Origin: an uncultured Planctomycetales bacterium
GTDB lineage: Bacteria > Omnitrophota > Gorgyraeia > Gygaellales > Profunditerraquicolaceae
DNA length: 64,000 bases
Assembly: GCA_964603585.1 (NCBI GenBank)
Contig: CAZRVK010000002.1
Coordinates: 243,561 to 307,560 of the forward strand
Direction: 5' to 3'
Under the pieces are notes generated by a model. The model searched no databases and was not told the DNA's origin. It saw nothing but the letters and a program-made list of their open reading frames with translations. A program made the position numbers and the translations under genes. Shown piece after piece: positions 29,944 through 38,059 of this stretch (position 1 is the stretch's first letter; each line of letters begins with the position of its first letter).

Positions 29944-30147
29944 ATGGCAAAAATAACTATTTCTCGGCAAAGGTGTAAAGGGTGTCTTTTATGCATCAGT
30001 GTTTGCCCGAAAAAACTGATCGGTTTAGAGATGAAATTAAACCGATACGGAGTTAAGCCGGCAGTTTTTACAGATAATGCGGAATGCCTGGGGTGCAAGA
30101 TGTGTGCGTTGGTCTGTCCGGATTGTTGTATCGAGGTTTATAAATAA
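29944..30147 (+). CDS. korD: 2-oxoacid:ferredoxin oxidoreductase delta subunit (2x[4Fe-4S] ferredoxin)
   Basis: CKGCLLCISVCP and CLGCKMCALVCP. Confidence 0.8.
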   Translation: MAKITISRQRCKGCLLCISVCPKKLIGLEMKLNRYGVKPAVFTDNAECLGCKMCALVCPDCCIEVYK

Positions 30148-30148
30148 T

Positions 30149-31207
30149 ATGGCCGTTAAAAAGGTATTAATGAGCGGGAACGAGGCAATTGCCGAAGGCG
30201 CGATCCGCGCCGGGTGCAGTTTTTATGCCGGATATCCGATTACTCCGCAAAATGAACTTACCGCATATATGTCGGTGCATCTGCCGCTGGCACACGGTGT
30301 TTTTATACAGGCCGAGTCGGAGATCGCCGCGATAAATATGGTTTACGGTGCATCTGCCGCCGGAGTGCGGGCATTGACTTCATCTTCTAGCCCCGGGATC
30401 AGCCTTAAGCAAGAAGGGATTTCTTATCTTGCCGGAGCGGAATTGCCGGCAGTGATAGTTAATATGATGCGCGGCGGTCCGGGTTTAGGAAACATTGCTC
30501 CTGCCCAGTCGGATTATTTTCAAGCTACCCGAGGTGGAGGGCATGGAGATTATCATTCTGTCGTTTTAGCTCCGGCGTCCGTACAGGAGGCGTTTGATTT
30601 GATGCCGTTAGCTTTTGATTTAGCCGATGATTACCGAAACCCGGTCATGATCTTGGGCGATGGGATGCTTGGCCAAATGATGGAGCCAATAAAGGTCACA
30701 AAGTCACAAGTCCACAAGGCCAGAGGTAAAAAGCCGTGGGCGCTCACCGGTTGCAAAGGCAGGGCGCCGAATGTAGTGAAATCTTTTTATCTCCATGAAG
30801 GGGAGCTTGAAATTGCCAATTTAGCTTTACAGAAGAAATATCAGATTATTCAACGCAATGAACAGCGCTGGGAGAGCTTATTTTTAGATGGCGCAGAAGT
30901 TGTTATTGTTGCGTATGGCGCAATGGCAAGGATTGCCCGAGGGGTAGTAAAGGCAATGCGCGAAACAGGGGAGAATATCGGACTTATCAGGCCGGTAACC
31001 CTTTGGCCTTTTCCGAAAAAATGTTTTCAGCGTTTGGCTAAAGCCAGTCCCCGGGCCAAGATCCTGGTTCTGGAGATGTCTTATGGCCAGATGATCGAGG
31101 ATGTAAAATTGGCTTTGGAATGCAAGCTGGAGATTGAATTCCTGGGCCGTTCCGGTGGAGGGATTTTAAGCCAAGAAGAGATCATACATAAACTGCATAA
31201 ACTATAA
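30149..31207 (+). CDS. korA: 2-oxoacid:ferredoxin oxidoreductase alpha subunit
   Basis: MAVKKVLMSGNEAIAEGAIRAGCSFYAGYPITPQNE typical KorA/PorA N-terminus. Confidence 0.85.
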   Translation: MAVKKVLMSGNEAIAEGAIRAGCSFYAGYPITPQNELTAYMSVHLPLAHGVFIQAESEIAAINMVYGASAAGVRALTSSSSPGISLKQEGISYLAGAELPAVIVNMMRGGPGLGNIAPAQSDYFQATRGGGHGDYHSVVLAPASVQEAFDLMPLAFDLADDYRNPVMILGDGMLGQMMEPIKVTKSQVHKARGKKPWALTGCKGRAPNVVKSFYLHEGELEIANLALQKKYQIIQRNEQRWESLFLDGAEVVIVAYGAMARIARGVVKAMRETGENIGLIRPVTLWPFPKKCFQRLAKASPRAKILVLEMSYGQMIEDVKLALECKLEIEFLGRSGGGILSQEEIIHKLHKL

Positions 31208-31936
31208 ATGAAGAAAATATATAAACACCCGGATTCACTAAGGCAGGTCTCGACTCACTATTGCCCAGGCTGTGGGCATGGTATTGCGCATCGGATAGTC
31301 GCGGAGGTGGTCGATGAATTAAAGATTCGCCAGGAGGTTATCGCCGTTGCTCCGGTTGGTTGTGCTGTTGTAGCCTACGACTATTGGGATTTTGATTGTT
31401 CTGAAGCGGCGCATGGCCGGGCTTTGGCTGTGGCAACCGCAATAAAACGTGTGCGGCCAGACAAGGTCGTATTTACTTATCAGGGGGATGGAGATTTGGC
31501 GGCGATAGGCGGCAATGAAACTATCCATGCCGCTAACCGGGGAGAGAACCTGACCGTGATTTTTATCAATAACGCCATTTATGGTATGACCGGAGGCCAG
31601 TTAGCACCGACTACCTTGATAGGACAAAAGACCGCGACAACCCCTCTTGGCCGGCAGGCAAAGCTGCAAGGGTATCCTTTGAAAATATCGGAAATGCTGG
31701 CGATTTTGCCCGCGGTCAAATATATCGAAAGAGTTTCTTTGCATTCTCCGCAGGAGATCATAAAAACAAAACAGGCAATCCGGCAGGCTTTTCAAAATCA
31801 GATTGACCATATTGGGTTTTCTTTGGTAGAGGTTTTGTCGTCTTGTCCTACTTACTGGGGGCTATCTCCGCAAAAGTCCTTGGAATGGATAAAAGAAGTT
31901 CTTTCCAGGGAATTCCCATTAGGGAGAATTAAATAA
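31208..31936 (+). CDS. korB: 2-oxoacid:ferredoxin oxidoreductase beta subunit (TPP-binding)
   Basis: CPGCGHG, GDGD..AIGGNE TPP motif. Confidence 0.85.
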   Translation: MKKIYKHPDSLRQVSTHYCPGCGHGIAHRIVAEVVDELKIRQEVIAVAPVGCAVVAYDYWDFDCSEAAHGRALAVATAIKRVRPDKVVFTYQGDGDLAAIGGNETIHAANRGENLTVIFINNAIYGMTGGQLAPTTLIGQKTATTPLGRQAKLQGYPLKISEMLAILPAVKYIERVSLHSPQEIIKTKQAIRQAFQNQIDHIGFSLVEVLSSCPTYWGLSPQKSLEWIKEVLSREFPLGRIK

Positions 31937-32472
31937 TGGTCGAAAAAATTATTATTGCCGGGGCTGGGGGGCAGGGGATCATGCTTTTAGGCAAGATCCT
32001 TTCGGCGGCGGCGATGGAAGAAGGCAAATATGTGACCTGGTTGCCGGCTTATGGGGCAGAGGTGCGCGGAGGCGCGGCTTATTGTATGGTGGTAGTTTCG
32101 GATGAAGAGGTCGGTTCCCCGTATATCGATAAAGCCGATACTTTGATAATTATGAATGCCCCGTCTTTTGTCAAGTTCAAGAACAGGATAAAACATAACG
32201 GCCTTTTACTTTTAAATAGCTCATTAATAGATATACAAAACAAAAAAAATGTTTTAGAATATCCGTTTACCGACATTGCCGAAAGCCTGGGTAATGGCAA
32301 GATCGCCAATATGATAGCCTTGGGCTGTTATTTATCCGGGCGCGGAACGGTCAAAGTCAAAAGTGCGCTTGCAGCAATCAAAGAAAACGCCCCTGCCGAT
32401 AAAAAAGGTTTGGTAGGTATTAATCAGCAGGCGCTTATGAGAGGAGTGGGTTTAACGAATGGTAAGAGTTAG
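31936..32472 (+). CDS. korC: 2-oxoacid:ferredoxin oxidoreductase gamma subunit
   Basis: IIAGAGGQGIMLLGKIL POR_gamma motif. Confidence 0.8.
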   Translation: MVEKIIIAGAGGQGIMLLGKILSAAAMEEGKYVTWLPAYGAEVRGGAAYCMVVVSDEEVGSPYIDKADTLIIMNAPSFVKFKNRIKHNGLLLLNSSLIDIQNKKNVLEYPFTDIAESLGNGKIANMIALGCYLSGRGTVKVKSALAAIKENAPADKKGLVGINQQALMRGVGLTNGKS

Positions 32473-33754
32473 ATTTGCCCCCAGCCCTACGGGGTATTTG
32501 CATATCGGGGGCGGCCGTACCGCGCTTTTTAATTGGCTGTATGCCCAATCCAAGCAGGGGAAAATGATCCTAAGGATCGAGGATACGGATCAGCAGCGTT
32601 CCAGGCAGGAATATGTCGACGAAATTTTGTATAGTTTAAAATGGCTGGGGTTTAATTGGGACGAGATCTATTATCAAAGCCAGCGTTTTAAGATTTACCG
32701 GGAATACGCGGATAAGCTGCTTAAAGAAGGCAAGGCCTATATTGAAAAATCACCCGAAGGCAAAGAGGCGGTGATCTTTAAGGTTACGCCGCAGAAGATT
32801 TTAGTTCAAGATCTGATCCGCGGGGAGATCGCGTTTGACTCTTCGGTGATCAAAGACCAGGTTTTGATTAAATCCGACGGCACCGCAACTTACAATTTTG
32901 CCTGTGTCGTAGATGATGCGACCATGGATATTACGCATATTATCCGCGGGGATGACCATATTTCCAATACTCCAAAACAAGTGCTTTTATATGAGGCGAT
33001 GGGTTTTAAGCTTCCGGAGTTTGCTCACCTGCCGCTTATTATGGGGGTTGACGGAGGGCGCCTTTCCAAGAGGACAGGGGCTACGGCGATATCCGATTAC
33101 CGAAAGATGGGTTTTCTTGCAGAGGCATTAGTGAACTATTTATTGCTTTTAAGCTGGGCCCCGGGTGGCAACCGGGAGGTAATTGATATCCAGGAGGCAA
33201 TCAAGATCTTCGATATTAAGAATATCAATAAAACCTCCGCGGCATTTGATCTGAAGAAATTAGAATGGATGAATAACCAGTATTTAAAGAAAACCGATGC
33301 GGAAAAATTACTCGAAGAAGTTATCCCTTTGTTAGAGGCGAAGCAATATATCGCGCGGGATAATTTTGATAGAGATTATTTAATTTCTCTGGTAAAATTA
33401 TTCCAAGGCAGGCTGACGACCATAAACGATTTCCCGGATTGGGCAGATTTCTTTTTCTTAAAGGATATTTCCATAGACCCGGCGGCTGCGCAGAAACATT
33501 TAAGCGGAGATCTCTCTAAAGAATTCGGACTTTTTATTCAAAGGCTGGAGCAATTGGAAAAATTCGATATTGTAACTATTGAAGAAGCCTTTAGGGAAAT
33601 GGTAAAACAGCTGAATTTAGAAGCCAAGGTCTTGATCCATCCTATCCGTGTGGCTTTAACCGGTAAAACCATTGGCCCGGGCCTGTTTGAGGTGATATAC
33701 TATTTAGGAAAAGAACGCACCATTGAGAGGTTAAGGAAGGTCATTAAAAACTAA
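32459..33754 (+). CDS. gltX: glutamate--tRNA ligase (short form, 431 aa)
   Basis: RFAPSPTGYLHIGGGRTALFNW HIGH region, LSKR (KMSKS-like) motif. Confidence 0.85.
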   Translation: MVRVRFAPSPTGYLHIGGGRTALFNWLYAQSKQGKMILRIEDTDQQRSRQEYVDEILYSLKWLGFNWDEIYYQSQRFKIYREYADKLLKEGKAYIEKSPEGKEAVIFKVTPQKILVQDLIRGEIAFDSSVIKDQVLIKSDGTATYNFACVVDDATMDITHIIRGDDHISNTPKQVLLYEAMGFKLPEFAHLPLIMGVDGGRLSKRTGATAISDYRKMGFLAEALVNYLLLLSWAPGGNREVIDIQEAIKIFDIKNINKTSAAFDLKKLEWMNNQYLKKTDAEKLLEEVIPLLEAKQYIARDNFDRDYLISLVKLFQGRLTTINDFPDWADFFFLKDISIDPAAAQKHLSGDLSKEFGLFIQRLEQLEKFDIVTIEEAFREMVKQLNLEAKVLIHPIRVALTGKTIGPGLFEVIYYLGKERTIERLRKVIKN

Positions 33755-33763
33755 GGAGCAGAC

Positions 33764-33946
33764 ATGGTAAAAACAGTTGTGTTATGCGTTATGCTGGGTT
33801 TTTTAGTCTGTTTATCCGGTTGTGAAACTACAGCTGGCGCCGCCTCCGGCCTGGCCTATACAATTGAAGGCGCAGGGAAAGACACAGTCAACATTTTCGG
33901 GGCTCTCTCTGGGATAGATAGCTGGATGCGCAAGAACCTCTGGTAA
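33764..33946 (+). CDS. small lipoprotein (entericidin-like?)
   Basis: 60 aa; signal plus lipobox LSGC, Gly/Ala-rich mature part. Confidence 0.5.
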   Translation: MVKTVVLCVMLGFLVCLSGCETTAGAASGLAYTIEGAGKDTVNIFGALSGIDSWMRKNLW

Positions 33947-33960
33947 ATCAATTACTTTAT

Positions 33961-34363
33961 TGCCCTGTCGTCTAATCGGTAGGACTTCAGATTCTGCCGT
34001 GAACCAAACAAACCACTTCGTTGTTGGTTCACGGCAGCCATGAACCGAACGAGCAGGCGAAAAAGGCAAAGCGAGTTCTGGTTCATGGCTGGACTACCAA
34101 GCAAGATGTATTTCACATACATTTTATGGAGTAAGCAGAGTAAGAAGTTTTATATTGGATTTACAGCGGACCTGATAAGAAGAGTTGATGAACATAAGAG
34201 AGGATGTGTATATTCTACTCAACGGGTGATTAATCCGGAACTTGTTTTTTACGAAGCGTTTCTTTCGGAAAGCGATGCGAGAAGGCGCGAAGGATATTTT
34301 AAGACAAGCAAGGGAAAGAAGGCGTTGAGAATAATGTTACGGGATACCCTATTTGAATAATTT
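33961..34363 (+). repeat. tandem repeat unit 1: tRNA-Gln 5' half (nt 1-36) + two hairpins + GIY-YIG gene
   Basis: 403-bp unit identical to 34364-34766 by eye, ORFs identical per track. First 36 nt equal positions 1-36 of the downstream intact tRNA-Gln and diverge exactly after anticodon CTG. Confidence 0.85.
34106..34360 (+). CDS. GIY-YIG nuclease-family protein (YhbQ/UPF0213-like), copy 1
   Basis: MYFTYILWSKQSKKFYIGFTADLIRRVDEHKRG...ELVFYEAF...RRREGYFKTSKGKKALRIML: GIY..YIG, Arg and Glu motif order. Start ambiguous; ORF track start is 34040. Confidence 0.7.
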   Translation: MYFTYILWSKQSKKFYIGFTADLIRRVDEHKRGCVYSTQRVINPELVFYEAFLSESDARRREGYFKTSKGKKALRIMLRDTLFE

Positions 34364-34766
34364 TGCCCTGTCGTCTAATCGGTAGGACTTCAGATTCTGC
34401 CGTGAACCAAACAAACCACTTCGTTGTTGGTTCACGGCAGCCATGAACCGAACGAGCAGGCGAAAAAGGCAAAGCGAGTTCTGGTTCATGGCTGGACTAC
34501 CAAGCAAGATGTATTTCACATACATTTTATGGAGTAAGCAGAGTAAGAAGTTTTATATTGGATTTACAGCGGACCTGATAAGAAGAGTTGATGAACATAA
34601 GAGAGGATGTGTATATTCTACTCAACGGGTGATTAATCCGGAACTTGTTTTTTACGAAGCGTTTCTTTCGGAAAGCGATGCGAGAAGGCGCGAAGGATAT
34701 TTTAAGACAAGCAAGGGAAAGAAGGCGTTGAGAATAATGTTACGGGATACCCTATTTGAATAATTT
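34364..34766 (+). repeat. tandem repeat unit 2 (identical copy)
   Basis: Same as unit 1; directly abuts position 1 of the intact tRNA-Gln. Confidence 0.85.
34509..34763 (+). CDS. GIY-YIG nuclease-family protein, copy 2 (identical)
   Basis: Identical protein to copy 1. Confidence 0.7.
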   Translation: MYFTYILWSKQSKKFYIGFTADLIRRVDEHKRGCVYSTQRVINPELVFYEAFLSESDARRREGYFKTSKGKKALRIMLRDTLFE

Positions 34767-36497
34767 TGCCCTGTCGTCTAATCGGTAGGACTTCAGATTC
34801 TGGATCTGACTATCATGGTTCGAGTCCATGCGGGGCAGCCATTGTTGACAACTATCCGAAACTCCGGATAGTGATGCAGTGGGAACAAGCGCCTTACAGT
34901 CTTCTGTAGGGCGCTTTTCCTTTGTAGAGGCTATTTCGCTAGGGAGGATGCCTTCAAGCGGCTCTTCGATATACATATTGATTACCAGCCTGTCGCTATA
35001 GACGTAAATGTCCTTGATCAGGGCATGTATAAGGCTTTTCTGGGCTTCCGGAGGGGCGTCTTCAAGGTGCTGTATGGCAAAGTTCATGCTGCGGTATACG
35101 AGCTCGCCGGAACAGGCGTTTATGCTGGCAACTCTCTTTTGCGCCTGCAGCTTGTCTATTTCGTCTTCCAGTTTTGCAATCTCCATTTCCAACTCATTCA
35201 TTTTGTCTTTATAAGTGGAGCCTTTGGTGACTGTGTTGCCCATGGCTAATTCCAGCAGTTTATTGGCTTGGAAGCGGAAGCCGTTTAGCTTTGTCTCTCT
35301 TTCTTTTAAGTCGGTCTCTATCTTTTCAAGCTTTGCCTGCGACTCAAGCATGGCGTCTCCCAGGGCCTTTATGATAATGCCCTTGTCCTCAGATGCCCGC
35401 CTAAAATAGTCGATTATAGCTTTGTCAAAAGTAGTTGCGGAGATGCGTGTTGCTTTGCATCCCAGAGCCTGCTTGGAGCGGCTGCACTCATAATAAAAAA
35501 ACTTTCTTCTGTCTCTACCGCCTGAAAAATTGCAGACCATATGGCTTCCGCAGTCGCCGCATCGGAGAATACCGGCGAGGAGGTATTCATAGAATCTTTC
35601 TTTCTGCACAAAGTTGTGGCCGGGAAGCTTGGCGCTCAATATTTTGTTGGCCCGCTCCCAGAGCTTCTCATCGACAATCGCCGGGTGATTGCCTTTGTGG
35701 TATTCTCCGCTGTATTGAATATAGCCTTTGTAAAAAGGATTTTTTAATATCCTTGAAATAACCTGCCTGCGCCATTCCTTGCCGTTTAGAGTTTTTAGCC
35801 CGCGCCTGTGAAGCTCAAGGCCTACCTGCGTAAGCGACCGGTTATCCGCGGCCATCTCCCAGATGATTTTAAGATGCGTAGTTATTTTTTCATCAGGAAC
35901 AATTTTATGCGGCTGGCGGCCGTTAGGAAGCGGCTCTCCGTCTGGTATAAGCTTATATCCATAAGGCAGCATCCCGCCGACCCATTTGCCCTGGCGCACT
36001 CTGGCAATAGCGGATGCTTTCACGCGCTCGCCGGTGAGCTCCCGCTCAAAGGCTGACAAAATCCCAAGTATGCCAATTACTACTCTACCTATGGCGGTTG
36101 AGCTGTCCAAGTTTTCTCTTACCGAGACGAAATCGATTTCCTTTTCTCTGAATAGATCAATAAGCCAGTAGAGGTCCCGGGTATTGCGGGTCAAGCGGTC
36201 AAGGCGGAAGAAGATTATTCCGTCAAATGGGGCGGTTTCTCTACGCACGCGGTCGATAATCATCTGGATGCCGGGCCGGTTGAGATCCTTGCCGGAATAT
36301 CCGTCATCGTCTATTCGGCCTTTTTTGCCTATCTTGGCAAGGTCATATCCAAAAGCGTCCAGCAGATTCTTGCAGTGATAGGCCTGGGAATCCAGGGTGG
36401 TAAAATCTCCCTGGGCCTGGTCATCAGTAGAGCAGCGGGTATAGATTACATAGCGTTTTTTGTTATTTGCATTATTTGTTTTGGCATTCATAATCAT
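34752..36497 (-). CDS. large serine recombinase (phage integrase)
   Basis: N-terminal resolvase catalytic domain (YVIYTRCSTDDQ), recombinase domain, zinc ribbon (CGDCGSHMVC...YYECSRS), coiled coil. Likely start MIMNAK at 36497; the track ORF extends to 36620. C-terminal codons overlap tRNA-Gln antisense. Confidence 0.8.
   Translation of the reverse strand: MIMNAKTNNANNKKRYVIYTRCSTDDQAQGDFTTLDSQAYHCKNLLDAFGYDLAKIGKKGRIDDDGYSGKDLNRPGIQMIIDRVRRETAPFDGIIFFRLDRLTRNTRDLYWLIDLFREKEIDFVSVRENLDSSTAIGRVVIGILGILSAFERELTGERVKASAIARVRQGKWVGGMLPYGYKLIPDGEPLPNGRQPHKIVPDEKITTHLKIIWEMAADNRSLTQVGLELHRRGLKTLNGKEWRRQVISRILKNPFYKGYIQYSGEYHKGNHPAIVDEKLWERANKILSAKLPGHNFVQKERFYEYLLAGILRCGDCGSHMVCNFSGGRDRRKFFYYECSRSKQALGCKATRISATTFDKAIIDYFRRASEDKGIIIKALGDAMLESQAKLEKIETDLKERETKLNGFRFQANKLLELAMGNTVTKGSTYKDKMNELEMEIAKLEDEIDKLQAQKRVASINACSGELVYRSMNFAIQHLEDAPPEAQKSLIHALIKDIYVYSDRLVINMYIEEPLEGILPSEIASTKEKRPTEDCKALVPTASLSGVSDSCQQWLPRMDSNHDSQIQNLKSYRLDDRAKLFK
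34767..34841 (+). tRNA. tRNA-Gln(CTG)
   Basis: U1-A72 acceptor TGCCCTG/CGGGGCA, D arm GTCT-AATCGGTAG-GGAC, anticodon stem TCAGA/TCTGA with loop TTCTGGA, T arm CATGG-TTCGAGT-CCATG, then GCCA. Confidence 0.8.
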
Positions 36498-36571
36498 AGA
36501 ATTCCTACCACATTTTAATGCAGGCATACGCCAGGCAGAAGATCTCCTTCTGCCTGGCGGCGCTAAAACAG

Positions 36572-36915
36572 TTATGCCTGGGCCTTCTGCTTTTTGCCTT
36601 TTCCCCAGCCAGCCTTCCATCTGGCCACTGCCCCGGAGACGATCTCGTTGATGCGCTCCTGGGTTGTGCCTTCCTTGAGGATCTCAACAAGCTCTTCTTT
36701 GTTGATTACCCGGAAGTTTTTGATGCCGCGCTCTTTGGCTTTAAGCATCAGCTCATGGCGCGACGACTCTTTGGCGGCTGATTTGCCGGCTTCAGGCTCT
36801 TTTGTAGCTTCTACCGGCGCGCTGGCTTTTTGAGTTTTTGATTTTTTCTTGCCGTAATGCTTGGCGTGGAGCTTGCTCAAAAACTCTCTGTCTTTCTTTT
36901 TCTGCTCAGCAGTCA
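36572..36915 (-). CDS. hypothetical phage protein with Rho_N/SAP-like motif
   Basis: Basic Lys-rich protein; LKAKERGIKNFRVINKEELVEIL resembles Rho N-terminal/SAP motif. AAGGAGG RBS supports a start at 36915. Confidence 0.4.
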
Positions 36916-37034
36916 TGTGGTAGTCACCCCCTTTCAGTTTTTTGGACACCCCAACCCTATAACAAAACCCCTACAAGTCAAGAGGAATCGACGATAAGAA
37001 CTCCTATATGTGTATATCGGATTTTCTCGTCTTT

Positions 37035-37079
37035 TGTCGCATCGCTCTGCGACATTTTGCAGAAAAAACCGATATACAT
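37035..37079 (+). promoter_or_regulatory. phage promoter/operator element copy 1
   Basis: Inverted repeat TGTCGCA-N6-TGCGACA, followed by a conserved 31-mer GCGACATTTTGCAGAAAAAACCGATATACAT (-10-like TATACA), 15 nt upstream of the RBS and ATG at 37095. Confidence 0.5.
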
Positions 37080-37094
37080 CTGTAGGGAGCAGAT

Positions 37095-37310
37095 ATGGCA
37101 CGCGGGATAAAAGGAGATTTTAATAAACGATTTGGAGACCGGATTCAGGTGGTTTATGCGCAGAAGCTTTCGCCCTCAGAAAGAGAGCTGCGCAATAAAA
37201 GACTCTGCGAGGCAGTGATAAAAGTCTTAACCGGCATCCTGGGCAGGGAGCCTACGCAAAGGGAATTGTTCGGCATCGACGAGCTTGTAAAGCCAAAAAG
37301 ACATAAATAG
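37095..37310 (+). CDS. hypothetical phage protein (71 aa)
   Basis: ORF with GGGAG RBS; no recognisable domain. Confidence 0.4.
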   Translation: MARGIKGDFNKRFGDRIQVVYAQKLSPSERELRNKRLCEAVIKVLTGILGREPTQRELFGIDELVKPKRHK

Positions 37311-37424
37311 CGATATCTCCATAAATATTTATGAGCCCTCCGTGATTTACTTCATATTTTTAAAGGCATATCGTTAGTTGGGACGCATTTGAGACACCTC
37401 AAGAAATAAAAAAGGAGGTGTCTC

Positions 37425-37997
37425 ATGAGTTCCAATTACGGAGGCTTATTTGAGAGCTGGGAGATCGCAGTTGCCAAGAAGATTGTCAGTGATTACCGAA
37501 AAGAGCACGCATACCTGGCGCGGGAGGGATTAGATGATTTATTGCAGGAATGTCTCATACGCTGGCTTGAGGTCCGCGACCGCTATGATCCTGCACGCGG
37601 CGCTTCAGAAAAGACCTATATGGCAAAGGTTATCGCAAGCGTGCTTCGCAAGCTTATTGAGAAAGCAAATACTGATAAGCGCAAGGCGATTTATGAAAGC
37701 TCGTCTTTGGAAGAACCGCTTAATGATGATGAAGATGAGCTTACCCTAAAAGGCAAGCTCGCAAAAGACGAAGATATTCCTCCGCAAACTAAGGCAGAAT
37801 TAAAAATAGATATTTCCCGGGTATTGCAAAAACTTACGCCGGAAGAGCAAAAGCTGTGCAAGCTTTTAGGCGAAGAGGGATTAAGCATAAATGAGGCCTG
37901 CAAATATTTCAATAAGCATAGAAGCGTTGTGTATCGGGATGTGCTTCGCATCAGGAAGCTTTTTGAGGAAGAGGGGCTCAAAGATTATTTGAAATGA
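37425..37997 (+). CDS. sigma-70 family (ECF-like) RNA polymerase sigma factor, phage-encoded
   Basis: Region-2-like DLLQECLIRWLEVRDRYDP and region-4 HTH LTPEEQKLCKLLGEEGLSINEACKYFNKHRSVVYRDVLRIRKL. Confidence 0.55.
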   Translation: MSSNYGGLFESWEIAVAKKIVSDYRKEHAYLAREGLDDLLQECLIRWLEVRDRYDPARGASEKTYMAKVIASVLRKLIEKANTDKRKAIYESSSLEEPLNDDEDELTLKGKLAKDEDIPPQTKAELKIDISRVLQKLTPEEQKLCKLLGEEGLSINEACKYFNKHRSVVYRDVLRIRKLFEEEGLKDYLK

Positions 37998-38010
37998 TTT
38001 TTTAAGGGAT

Positions 38011-38041
38011 GCGACATTTTGCATAAAAAACTGATATACAT
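38011..38041 (+). promoter_or_regulatory. phage promoter/operator element copy 2
   Basis: GCGACATTTTGCATAAAAAACTGATATACAT, 28/31 identical to copy 1, upstream of the ATG at 38060. Confidence 0.5.
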
Positions 38042-38059
38042 ACAGTGGAGGCAGGAAAG

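Noticed and set aside
33961-34766. CRISPR array
   Set aside because: Only two 403-bp repeats containing a protein-coding gene; no short repeat-spacer structure.
33961-34841. Group I intron (with GIY-YIG homing endonuclease) in the tRNA-Gln anticodon loop
   Set aside because: Non-coding part of the insert is only about 110 nt, too short for a group I catalytic core. The insert is followed by another tRNA 5' half rather than the 3' half, so the tRNA halves are not contiguous around a single insert.
35008-36171. Several plus-strand ORFs (35008..35214, 35435..35761, 35808..36056 etc.)
   Set aside because: All lie inside and antisense to the serine recombinase gene. Spurious.
36518-36833. Plus-strand ORFs 36518..36781 and 36594..36833 between recombinase and Rho_N-like gene
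   Set aside because: Antisense to the minus-strand 36915-36572 gene. Spurious.
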